NCBI RefSeq assembly: GCF_031769215.1
Contig: NW_026781958.1
Coordinates: 744,001 to 808,000, forward strand
DNA from: Ylistrum balloti
Taxonomy: Eukaryota
Direction: 5' to 3'
DNA: 64,000 nucleotides
The notes beneath the pieces are model-generated. The model was not told where the DNA came from, searched no databases, and saw nothing but the letters and a program-made list of their open reading frames with translations. The translations under genes were made by a program, and so were the position numbers. Below, piece after piece: positions 27,870 to 41,300 of the stretch; positions within the stretch are counted from its first letter, which is position 1; each line of letters starts with the position of its first letter.

Positions 27870-28022
27870 GTTTGCTGGGTTAACTGCCCAGGAACAGCTT
27901 CAGTCATTTTGAGGTAGGGTCTCCTAGTAGTAGCTGGTGGCTACCTCTCTGAACAACATATGAGAGGACCATCACATGCCATCCAGAGCAATTAGGGTAA
28001 AGTGTCTAGCCAGAATACAATC
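27870..28022 (-). mobile_element. CORE-type SINE relic, copy 2
   Basis: ctcctagtagtagctggtggct...catcacatgccatccagagcaattagggtaaagtgtctagccagaatacaat aligns with copies 1 and 3. Confidence 0.5.
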
Positions 28023-28084
28023 ACATCAAATAATGCTCTCCAGATCTTCACCGGAGGTCTTACATTATGTAGGGCAACGTTATC

Positions 28085-28945
28085 AACTGAGATATCACAG
28101 CCCCTACTGAAGGATACACAAAGCTCTACCCACTGAGATATCACAGCCCCTACTGAAGGATACACAAAACTCTACCCACTGAGATCACAGCCCCTACTGA
28201 AGGATACACAAAGCTCTACCCACTGAGATATCACAGCCCCTACTGAAGGATACACAAAGCTCTACCCACTGAGATATCACAGCCCCTACTGAAGGATACA
28301 CAAAGCTCTACCCACTGAGATATCACAGCCCCTACTGAAGGATACACAAAGCTCTTCTCACGGAGATAACACAACCCCTACTGAAGGATACACAAAGCTC
28401 TACCCACGGAGATAACACAGCCCCTACTGAAGGATACACAAAGCTCTACCCACTGAGATATCACAGCCCCTACTGAAGGATACACAAAGCTCTACCCACT
28501 GAGATATCACAGCTCCTACTGAAGGATACACAAAGCTCTACCCACGGAGATAACACAGCCCCTACTGAAGGATACACAAAGCTCTACCCACTGAGATATC
28601 ACAGCCCCTACTGAACGATACACAAAGCACTTCACACGGAGGTAACACTACCCCTACTGAAGGATACACAAAGCTCTACCCCACTGAGACTAACACAGCC
28701 CCTACACAAAGCTCTAAGGATAACACAGCCCCTACACAAAGCTCTACCTACTGAGATATCATAGCCCCTACTGAAGGATACACAAAGCTCTACCCACTGA
28801 GATAACACAGCCCTTACTGAAGGATACACAAAGCTCTACCCACTGAGATAACACAGCCCCTACACAAAGCTCTACCCACTGAGATAACACAGCCCCTACA
28901 CTAAGCTCTACCCACTGAGATAACACAGCCCCTACACAAAGCTCA
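28085..28945. repeat. 46-bp minisatellite (~19 copies), shortening to ~36-bp units at the right end
   Basis: Unit cccctactgaaggatacacaaagctctacccactgagatatcacag. Confidence 0.95.
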
Positions 28946-29330
28946 AGAGATAATTTAAATGCCTTAAAAAATTGGCCAATAAAAACATAGCTCTTGTCCA
29001 AGCAAGTATATGATATGATGTTTACAAGAAGCTAGGTTTACCTCCATAATCACTGTACTTTACCTTTACTTCCAGGTAAAGTTAAATAGGGTTTGTCATG
29101 GGACAGCCATTTGCATATACAAATGTATTGCACTTATTTATAAATGATTTATATTATATCTGAATTAACTGAAAAACAAAACTGTATAAAGCTCTAAACA
29201 ATAGTGATCACAAAAATACAAAATGAAATAATAGAAGATAAGATTTTGGAATGTTTGCTAGTTTAGGTAGAATGTTAAACAAAACGTGGAAAACAAAATA
29301 AAAATAATAGCAATTATAACTATAACAAGA

Positions 29331-32300
29331 TCATAATTCTTCGTGCCTTTCCTGTCCATGTGATGGTATATCTTGACCTGTGACCTTGACTTGATCTTCA
29401 GTGACCTTGACCTCATCAACTCTAGATGAATCTGATCCTTCTTCCTCATGGTTTTTCTTCCTCCCTCCAGAGTGATGATAAAGTCTAGATTTTTTTAAAG
29501 CCAGCAACTCATGACGAACCTAATATTTTGATAAAAAAGAAAGATGATGAATAATGCATTTATAATGAGCAAAAAATTGATTCTACTTAACAGTATTGTG
29601 CAGTAGAGAAAACATCTACTTTAATATTGTAATACTGATTTGTGATACATGTTATTTCTTAATTACAATATAAAGGGTACACAAAAGTTATTCCATTACA
29701 ACTCTGCATAGTAAGGGCACTTTCACGTCCAGGCGTACCTGTCAAAAACTAACTTGCTGAATATCATAAGATATAAAAATTTCAGCATAAAAAGTATGGT
29801 CGATGCACTCACATATTTCTTTGAGCATTGTGCTATTAAGTATGAGTGAAATGGATGGTATCTTAATTTAAGTTAATTGATTTATGCTCGACAGGAAATT
29901 CTGAAACTGTTCATTTTGAGCTTAACATATATCAGGTACAACTTCCGGTACAAGTGCCTTCATGTATAGTTTCAGACCACCTGAACTATTTCAGACCACC
30001 TGAACTGTTTCAGACCACCAGAACTGTTTCAGACCACCTGAACAGTTTCAACTGGGTTACTTGAATACAGCTTAAGTGATACAGGCATGTAATTCTAAAT
30101 TACAAAATAACATTATTTTTATAAAATAATACATATAGAGTGATTTAAACATACAATTTGAGTTTATGTTGCTGTTTCAGCAATATTCAGTTTTGGTTTA
30201 AGAAATGGGTTTTACAAAGGTAAGATGGTTAGAAATTGTATCCATGGTATACTCCACTCATTATTTGAAGTTTGGCAGTAAAACCAAAGTCTTTTGTGAT
30301 AAACAAGATGTAGGACATACCTGATCCTCCTCAAATGCACTCTTTGACCTTGTTGGTGACATGTCATCTTTAATCTCATATGATCTCTTCACCTCGTTAC
30401 CTTCTTCATCAAATCCTACAAAATAGAAAATACAGTAACATAAAGGTCCCTCTAATAAAACTTTTCTCATACAAAATCTGAAATTCCAAGAAACTGTTGT
30501 AAATTTTCATTCTCACATTGTAACTCGGTCAGCACATGATGACCAGTAACATGGGTTGGAGAAACAATCACTGTTGTAAATTTTCATTCTCGTAACTCTG
30601 TCAGCACAGGATGACCAGTAACATTTGTTGAACAAGTGACCATTCAACAAGACAACAAAGCTGTGATAACTCACCTATACCATACTCCTCAGCAGCATCC
30701 CGAGAATGACCAACTTTTTTCTGATTTTTCATCTCCCAGTCCATCATGGCGAGAAAATTGTAGCCCTCCTTCAGTGGCTTCCAGTCGCCCTGGGGCAGTT
30801 TTGCTGTAAACAAAATCAATAACATTCTAGAATGGATTATATGTTGAAATTAATCATTAGAGATAAAAAGGCCAAGTTGATCAACTTATTAGTTTGTCGG
30901 CTGATTTTACCCTACTTTAGGTGTCTTCAGAATATCCTGAATATTCAGAATAAGACTGAAGTAGAACAAAACCTGTGGACAAACTAATGAAATGAAACCC
31001 TGACTTTTTTGCCTGTTAAGATCTTTACTCACCTACATACCTTCAGATACAAAGACGAGGGGGCTAGGAACCCAGTGTCCACCTCTGAAGGCAACCACAT
31101 ACCCCATGTTGGCTTTATTTCCCCCCATTTTTTATTTTTTTCTTCTTTGCAAAGAATGAGAGGAGCAATCAGAATAGTCAACATGCTAAAATAACATTGA
31201 CTTACTATTAAGAACAGAACCTTACCCCCTTAGATTGACTGACTTTTTATCAAAAATAGATCCCCCACCCCATGGGGGACCAACTTACTACTATGGACAG
31301 ATCTCCAATCTCAAAGGACTAACTTACTACTAAAAATAGATCCCCCACACCTTGGGGGACTAACTTACTACTAAAAATAGATCCCCAACCCCCAGGGAGG
31401 GACTGACTTACCATATTTATTCCATGCCTCGTAACAAGCTCATCCATATTTTCTGCTGATCAGAAGTATTACAAACAAACTCCATTTCATGATTCTGTAT
31501 GTGATAAAGCTGTCAACCTAAAATTTATACAGTCATAGTGTGTTGGCCCCTTGGTGTTTTGAAGGTGTTTTAACTTTCCTTCAGGAATACACTCCTACAA
31601 GGACAATTTACTTACTATTTGGACTAGACTTTCCCTGTAATGATCCCTGTATCCAGCTCACAAGTTCTTCACTACCAAAAGTCACCTGATCATAGTTAAA
31701 TACCTCACCCTGAAAGTTCAAAGGTCAAAAAATATCAAAATTGGAAACAGTAACTCCATTTTGTTTCTCACCATTGATAACAAAAATATCTTTCTAAAAT
31801 TTGTATATATTGTCATTGATATTGATATAGGAGATTGATGTGGATGATGAAATATCAACTTAAAGTTAAACTTAATCATGTATATCGGAGAGAAAATAAC
31901 AAATAACTATGAATTTGTAAACAGGTATTTTGACTTGAGTTTTATCAGTTTAAATGCCACATACGACTGATAAAATAAATGAAATAAGTGTTTTTCATGA
32001 CAAACATACCAAGACCAGATTCACCAACGCCACAGCAGGTGTGCTGCCTTCAGGATTATATTTCTTCAAAATTTTGGTTCCAAAATCATCTGCAGTTGCT
32101 CTACAACAATTGTTAATATGAGTTGAAAACAACAAATGAAAAAAAAAATTTAAAAATTCAAACCAATAAAAGGAATTATATAAACCACCTGACCGAGTAA
32201 GAAAGAACCAATGTCCTGATTGTCTTTGGTCGTAGATCAGGTGTTGCAGGAATCAAAATGGATGGCCGACAGTATTCAATGGAGCCCTAACAAGGAAGGT

Positions 32301-35300
32301 AAATACAAATGACAAAGAAGGTTGAGCATCAACATCTGGATTCCATGGTTTTGTCGTAGGTTGACATGTTAGCTAGGCTAGCCGTCATCAACATCTGGAT
32401 TCCGTGGTTTTATCGTAGGTTGACATGTTAGCTAGGCTAGCCATCATCGACATCTGGATTCCGTGGTTTTATCGTAGATTGACATGTTAGCTAGGCTAGC
32501 CGTCATCAACATCTGGATTCCGTGGTTTTATCGTAGATTGACATGTTAGCTAGGCTAGCCGTCATCAACATCTGGATTCCGTGGTTTTATCGTAGGTTGA
32601 CATGTTAGCTAGGCTAGCCGTCATCAACATCTGGATTCCGTGGTTTTATCGTAGGTTGACATGTTAGCTAGGCTAGCCGTCATCCAGTAAAATAAAAAGA
32701 ACTGTAAGAGTACTACATGTAGCTTATCTATACACTTCCTTTAAGTACAGGTAATATCATGTACAAGTCCAGGTAATCTCAGATGTAACACAGCAATACC
32801 TCTTAAAAAATACTGCTACTGAATAAGAAGTAATTTTTTAAACCTCTTAGTTAATACATGCATTTGAATCTCTCTATTTTAGTTCAATTTACTTTTGTAT
32901 ATACTATATAGTACATACTATAAATGTATTTACTTTAGTGCTATCAAATTTTAGTGCATAATCAATTACAAACAAACAGAGAACCATCAATTTGCATAAT
33001 CACTATAATGATATGTCAATGTGTAATTAGTGCAATCATACTTTAGCACAAAAAGTGTTAAAACAAAATTGTAGCTAAAATATGTATGTGTACAGCTTAT
33101 AAAACTGTCTCTGAATTTGAAATGTCTTGGACAAAAAAAAATGAAATCTGTCCACAAATTACAGATTTTTTTCACACAAAAGATGGGAGGTCACATGGAC
33201 AAGGAGAATTGGATGTTACTGACAACACTACAATCACTCATATTTACCTGATCCAACAGAAGATGACCTCTGTGAACTGTTCACTTTTTACAATGGAAGA
33301 CAGGGTGTCCTTGACCTTTTGTGACATCTCTTGGTCATCCAGGAAGGATATAACAAAAGGTTTTTTCTGTCTGTACAAGTCTGGGAACATCTTTACTGTT
33401 AGCTCTGGCTGTGAATATATCAACATGCAATGGTCTCATTTCTGATCAAGTAACACTGCTCCTAATTTTAACCTTCAAGCTATCTAGATATTAATTCTTT
33501 TGGGTGGTCAGGTGGTGTAGTGGTAACACACTTGTGACCTTATCATTTCCATATACTATTCATCAGACTACCTACCATTCTATATAACCTTGATCTTGAC
33601 CTTGACTCTATCTAGACACAGTACATCAAGCTACCTACCATTCTATATAACCTTGATCTTGATCTTGACTCTATCTAGACACAGTTCATTAAGCTACCTA
33701 CCATTCTATATAACCTTGATCTTGACTCTATCTAGACACAGTACATCAAGCTACCTACCATTCTATATAACCTTGATCTTGACTCTATCTAGACACAGTA
33801 CATCAAGCTACCTACCATTCTATATAACCTTGATCTTGACCGTGACTCTATCTAGACACAGTACATCAAGCTACCTACCATTCTATATAACCTTGATCTT
33901 GACCGTGACTCTATCAAGACACAATACATCAAGCTACCTACCATTCTATATAACCTTGACCGTGACTCTATCTAGACACAATACATCAAGCTACCTACCA
34001 TTCTATATAACCTTGATCTTGACCTTGACTCTATCTAGACACAATACATCAAGCTACCTACCATTCTATATAACCTTGATCTTGACCTCGACTCTATCTA
34101 GACATAGTACATCAAGCTACCTACCATTCTATATAACCTTGATCTTGATCTTGACTCTATCTAGACATAGTACATCAAGCTACCTACCATTCTATATAAC
34201 CTTGATCTTGACTCTATCTAGACATAGTACATCAAGCTACCTACCATTCTATATAACCTTGATCTTGATCTTGACTCTATCCAGACACAATACATCAAGC
34301 TACCTACCATTCTATATAACCTTGACCGTGACTCTATCTAGACACAGTACATCAAGCTACCTACCATTCTATATAACCTTGACCGTGACTCTATCTAGAC
34401 ACAATACATCAAGCTACCTACCATTCTATGTAACCTTGACCTTGACTCTATCTTGACACAGTACATCAAGCTACCTTCCATTCTATATAACCTTGACCTT
34501 GACTCTATCTAGACACAGTTCATCAAGCTACCTACCATTCTATATAACCTTGACCTTGACTCTATCTAGACACAGTTCATCAAGCTACCTACCATTCTAT
34601 ATAACCTTGACCGTGACTCTATCTAGACACAATACATCAAGCTACCTACCATTCTATATAACCTTGATCTTGACCGCGACTCTATCTAGACACAGTACAT
34701 CAAGCTACCTACCATTCTGGGGATGCGTGCTTCAGTGATAAACTTCTCTAGTTGTGCTGAGTTGAAGTCCCCAGTGTATACAGTGTGTGGGGTCACATGA
34801 TCTGTTTGTCTGACCACTATCACAGCTGGTAATGTTGTATCAAATTGTTCCTTAGCTCTGGAACAAAACAAAGTTATCTCTCATAATGCTCAGAGCCTAT
34901 GAAAGGCAGATACACATAATTAATTCTTCTGTCAAATAAAATAGCTAACGAATAAATTCAAAGATCTGTCTTCCAAATCATGAAAAGTTAAATGTTAAAT
35001 AGCTTGTTCTTCACTATAATATGTGTAGTCTTTTGGGATAATTTTTTCAATTATTTTCAAAATTGTTTACTGGGTAATATTTATTTGGCAAAGTGAACAT
35101 GTCAATAACATTATCTAAAGTACTGAAAAGAAAGCATTAATATTCTTTGTGTCAATGTCATAGATTGCTTCAAGTGACTTGTCAAAAATTATGCTGTCAA
35201 AAGAATTACTGGGAATTATGGTATGTTCTGTGGCCTCAGTTGCACAAATCTTCCTTAATTAACGGAAATCCTAACTGACATTGGAAAGCATTACATAAGT

Positions 35301-38300
35301 TAAAGAAAGACTTAAACTTAAGTCAATTTCCTGAACTTATGTAATGTTATTCTATGTGGAATTTAAAGCTAAAGAAAATTCTTTTAGAAAGAATCATGAA
35401 ACTGGGGCCTGATTCTGCGACACAAAAATCAACTTGAGATAATCACCACAGAAGATATTTTACTTTATAAATAATTTCTACTGTTAAATAATATCATCTA
35501 AATATACAATTTCCCTATTTTTGAATCAGTATTTCCAACAAATGTATAGTACTGTAGTTTTATACAAATTTATAGTGTTATTCCTGATATTTTTATTTTG
35601 ATATTACTTACATTGATGTTCCTTTTCCGTCCTTATTGACTCCGAACATGATCCTATCCTCCATCTCTTTACCAACCTTCCTAAATATATCCATCTCTGT
35701 AAGCAATACACAGTATATTGTTTTATAAATATTTTAATCAGCAATGACTCCTTATAATTAGTAAAATTGTTCTAACATTCATCACTCCAATTGAAATTAG
35801 GTGATCACATTACATAACCACTATCTACATAAACACATAAGACTGTAGTACTGGAATCCTACAAAACTTTTGAAATCTAAATCTTGGATCTAATTACTCA
35901 GTAATGAAGGATCTTTGTTCTAACATTCATCACTCCAATTGAAATTAGGTGATCACAAAACGATAAAACCTTGTAATGAGGTGGAGAGAGTTTTGTAATG
36001 GGACAGGTTATTAAAATGTATCACTGCTGACATATTGACATTTACTTAAATGGAAGGCCAGCAGCTTATCAAACTCACAATGGAGAGAAAACTTAGAAAT
36101 GAGAATATTGCAGTAAAATCAAATTTTCATCTTTGACATAAAATTGTGTCATAATTAAAATAAATCCACATTATTTGAGGAAGATTAATCTTAAACAATG
36201 GAGCGTGAATATAAATTCTAAAATCAACTTCGCATTTTTTTTACTCACAATATTTGTTGAAAAAATCATTTTGAATAACAGTCTACCTTTTTTGTGTTGA
36301 GACTCAAATAGACCTAACACCATCGAGTCACTTGCAATTTCCATCCCGCTGGGGAGTTTACCCAGAAGGAATGTTTGTATATCAGATACACTGCTTAGGT
36401 CAATGATGTCTGTATGATTCAGTCTGGAAAAAAACACAAAGTTGATACTTGATGAAGCTAGAATGGGTATGGAAATGTATCACTGGTGTCTTTCTACTGA
36501 TTTACAGCTAGCTCAACATAAAAACATGAAAGTGTATAATTTGTTAAGTTATCTCAAATTTATCTATCAAAGTATTACTAACACAGTTACTAAATAGTGT
36601 AAAACCTTGCTGTCTCAAATTTATCTAAACTGAACAACCTGTTTAGTTTAAAGCAATTCATTCATCTGTCCCAGTTTAACCTCACACCAAATATTTTAAC
36701 TAAAATTGAATACTTGGATAACTTGAAGTTTTCTCAAAGTCATGCTGACTTCTATATAACCAGGTTTGACTAATTAAATCACATTCCATATAGTGTCGCT
36801 AGATTGGTTGGAGAGATTAAAAATTCCATGAGTTATCTCCCATCTCTTATGTAACATGTATAAATTATTGATGTGAAATGTTCCATTTTTGACAGAAAGA
36901 GGTAGTATGTATTTTCAAAGAAAGTGAATTTTCAGGAAAATTTTTTCATAAAATATGGCAAACAGGGTTAAAACAATGCATATATGATGGCAATTTCATG
37001 AATTGTTGAAATGACCACATCAAACACAGGGCAAATATATTCAGGATTTTATATCAAATCATTATGGAATGAAGAACTAGAATAATGAGAAATCGTTGAG
37101 AAAAAAAGGAGACAAATATTTAATATTTGATAAGCATGAACCATTTGACACTATTTACAAACACAAGCTATACTAACAGCTTGACTGTGTTAACAACATT
37201 CTGTGTGTCCAGCATCCCTTTGTAGTTCCGAAGTTTCTCTCCGTTTCTGTATATCCTCAGCGTTGGGTAAATTGTCACATTCTCCCGAGCACAAACATCA
37301 GTCCAATCATGACAATCAACACGAGCCAGTGGATTCCTTCTGTCAAACTCGAGCTGTCTGGAGGCGTCACCATACAAACGCAGGAATGCCATGCTTTTAT
37401 CATCAACTACAAAACAAAATATATTCACAAACTTGTAAAGTATTTCTAACTTATAGTATTTCCACAGTCACAACATTAACATGCCCCCGGGTATACAGTT
37501 GTACAGAGTCCTGGGTATACAGTTGTACAGAGTCCTATTAATTTATAAAGTGATCAAAAACTTGTACAAAAGTGACACATGTGGATAGAATTTATAGATT
37601 TAAAGCCTGATAAAGCAGAGCCAAACAATGAATTAAACAGCATCATACACATGTTTTCTCCACTTAGGACTTGTCAGTGAACCTAAATGCCCAAAATCTA
37701 ATGTAAAACTGCAAGTATTAGGACATCAGATATGTGATATAATTCACAACTTCATCATACTAAATCAATTATGACAGCAATAATCATTATAACTTTATGA
37801 AGAAGAAAATTTGATATCCTATTGGTGATCATGTTATATACCTGTTGAATTTGACGATATGTAATTGGAAAGTTGACAACGCCATCAACAGATCCAGAAA
37901 ACTTACATGGAAGGTAGAACAGAATAAATAGTAGATCTTTATGCTGGACAGTGTTGGAAAAAGTTTTATCTGTCAGCTTTGGCACCAGGGTCAGGTCCAT
38001 CTCTGTTCTTCTTGCTCTAAACACAGCTTCTGCCACCTGGTCATCCTGTGTCTCAACTGACCGTAAAAAGTATTGTTCATTGATTTCATTCAAATATTAC
38101 TTGTTGAAGTATTCCTATCCTTACAACTGCTGAAGTCACTTTGTGAGGCAGGCACATCCACAGTTGAGACCTCTCATTTTTCTAACTAAGATGACAGAGG
38201 CTCTGTGTAGTGTTACTAACAAAGACTTAGTTCCAACAAAAAATCTTTGACCTTTCAACCTTTTACCTTGACCTATAACATTTCAGTGAAAACCTTGATA

Positions 38301-41300
38301 CACGTGATACCAGAATACAGTTTAGAAAATACCTGGTAAACCATCATTTACTGAAGCTCTTTACAGCAGAAAAACTTTTAAATATTTGTTAGAATTATAG
38401 ACTGTAATATCTGTATTTTTTTTACCTGCTAGAATTTCAGACTCATCAAATGGACTCGGTTCTCCCCCTGCCACAGATTGTCCATCTTGTCCATCTGCTG
38501 AACCAGAAGGATCCCCAATATCGTCTGAAACCATAACACTATTGAATTCCTCAGCTGTTTTTGATATAAATTGAAATATATTAGCTTCCGTCACCTCCCC
38601 TTCTAGGAAAATAGCTGATGCCTGAAAATATAAATATGAAACAGATGTATTTTTCTTTAATTAATTCTTACATCCAAAGAATATTTAGATATTATTGAAA
38701 GAAGAAAAATCCAAATCTTTGTAAGCCAGGCATATTCTTCTCCATCAGAAAATATTCCTCCTGTCTGGTATCAAATTGGACAAAATGTCCAAACTCCATA
38801 TGAGATGTGCTTAACATGGACAAAGTAATAAAAGGGCTATAACTCTGTATAGGAGAGTGAAAGAAGCTAGACCAATACAAAATTTGGCTACAGTGGACTA
38901 AGTATGTGCAGGACATTTTTCTTACATTTGAACAGCTTCTGTACATTTACATAGTAAAAGGGACTTTCATATTAAAAGCCATTCTTATCATGGCCCCTTG
39001 TCTTCAGTATAGATAAAGAGAACAAAGATAAAACAACTTACCTCCCCTTCAATAAGAATTCCCACAGCAGGTGTCTCTCCATTAAAAGGGTATGGGGGTT
39101 CAGCATTCTCACTACAGAAGGTGCAAAGTAAATGATTTTTTTTTTTTTATATTGCAATTATTTCAAATTGCTCTGTCATATAAATGCGACTGACAAAATC
39201 TGAATATGTTTATCTATCATTACTTGTCAACCCTGAACTAGAATGTCTGGGAGGATGAGGGAGCCATGTGTAGGGTTGGGGTGGGGGATGGGGTGGGGGA
39301 TGGGGTGGGGGATGGGGTGGGGGATGGGATGGGGGTTGGGGAGGGGGTTGGGGAGGGGGATGGAGAGGGAGATGGGGTGGGAGTTGGGGGGTTGGAGAAA
39401 GAATTTCAGATATTGTTAATCAAGATCTATACCCAAATCAATGATACAAATAAAGGAATGTAAAGTCCTCTGACCTCAACCACGATTAACATCTAATCCC
39501 TTGTCCACTAACTCATGGAAACAGAAGTGTGAGTGACTTACATGTCAATGGTTACTATTCCGTATACACCCCTATATTTCATGACCAGTTTCTCAGCGAA
39601 TTCCATCACAGTTTTGCGACTGTCCGCTTTGTAGTACATGTATATAACATTTAAGTTGTCCGTGTAGGCATACGGTGAGGTGGTTCCTTCCGATGGGATA
39701 TCAAACTACAACACAAACATAAAGCAATGACCAATTTGGTCTACAAAACTCACACCCGGTAATGTAAATGTTTCATTATCATACATACTGTAAAGCTGGT
39801 TATTTTCAGAGGGATGATATTTTCACTATCATACATGAATTTTGTACAGCTGGTTGATATTTTCACTTGTACATGAAAACTGATAACTAGTTATTTTTGG
39901 GAGGGAGAAAGACATTTTCACTATTTACACAAGAATACTGCATAGCTGGTTATATTGGTGTGGGGAGAGAGAAGTTGGGGGGGAGGAGGTGAAGGGGGAG
40001 ATTGCTGTCTCATCCCTTATTTCACTAGCCCACCTTCCAATGAAAAGTTTACTTCTTTCAATTTAAATGAAAATTGCAAAATATAACCAACAACAAGATA
40101 CTTCAAAATATATATATTCTACTCTTTCATAACCCTCCTAATAATATCCGCCTTTAAATCTGTATTTACAATTAAATGCCTCTTCAAATGATATCACACA
40201 GTTTTACTGAAAATTCTCCTGAAACTCTCGCCTTGTAAACTTTGCCTCCTACTATACATGACCCTTAAAAAATCTTCTTGGACGATACCGCCCTCAAACT
40301 CTAGATTTACTAAATGACAAGTCACCTGTTTAGGAAATGTGAGTGCCCTGACAAACTGGGCCAGTGATGCTAGATCCATGTAACCATAGTAACGTATTTT
40401 GGGACAGGGGTCCACTTTTTGACTGTCCTTACACTGCAGAAGCCAGATCACAGAGTCGTCTGTTGTCATGTCACTGAAACACAGAGAGCAAACAGTTCCT
40501 GTCAAAGAAATAAATACTAGATCTGGTATCCAACAGACCTGATGTGTTTATAAATGTTTAGAATAAATACTAGATCTGGTATCCAACAGACCAGATCTGT
40601 TTATATATGTTTAAAATAAATACTAGATCTGGTATCCAACAGACCTTATCTGTTTATAAATGTTTTCAATACAGGTATCTGACCCTGCCAGACAGCTCAA
40701 CCAAAAAAACTTCACTTTAGGTAGAGTTGCCATAAAGTAGAACAGCATTACTGATCTTAAAAGGAAGATGAATGAATTGCATAGATGCGTACTTTAGAAA
40801 TGCTTACGAGATAATTTTATAAATTTTGTTTGGTATCACCAAATGAAAATCATATAAAACACTGTTTAAGCATCAAGTTATGTTCAAGTGAAAGAGCAGT
40901 CACATGATTCACAAAATGGCTTCCAAGGACAATCATTTTGACTCTCCTGACTATATCAACTTGGCAACTATTACCCATTATATTATCTACATTGACAACT
41001 AACTCAATGAAAAAATAAAAGAGAGTTTGTAAGTAATACGTATTATCATGTTTTTATTTATCTTTTAATTTCTTAATATTTTTGGCCGGGTTGCACATAG
41101 TTTTTTCTTGATCAACAAATGAAACACCCTTAACTGTCTTATAAATACCATAGAACATTGCACTCATCCCCCGACCCGGCCAGTTGTGACTTTGCCCCAT
41201 TTTATCAACTAAAGAGTGTTGTAGTTGTAATACAATCTCTGTAAAGCAAGGTCAAAGTTCACCATTTAAAACTTGTAAAACAATCACCTAAATTCAAAAC

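Noticed and set aside
21708-28945. Regularly spaced repeats as possible CRISPR arrays
   Set aside because: No unique spacers, no cas genes, and a eukaryotic intron-containing context.
22200-29300. Hidden gene between ACYP and TXNDC16
   Set aside because: Only repeats, a SINE relic and short AT-rich ORFs; no phased exon chain recognised. A lncRNA cannot be excluded.
33590-34738. 288-aa and 81-aa ORFs ([16 protein letters not shown] repeats)
   Set aside because: Antisense reading of the 57/63-bp intronic satellite.
39266-39463. Gly/Val/Asp-rich ORF resembling a shell or silk-like protein
   Set aside because: Only the G-rich tract; alternative start, short, and no splice or signal-peptide context.
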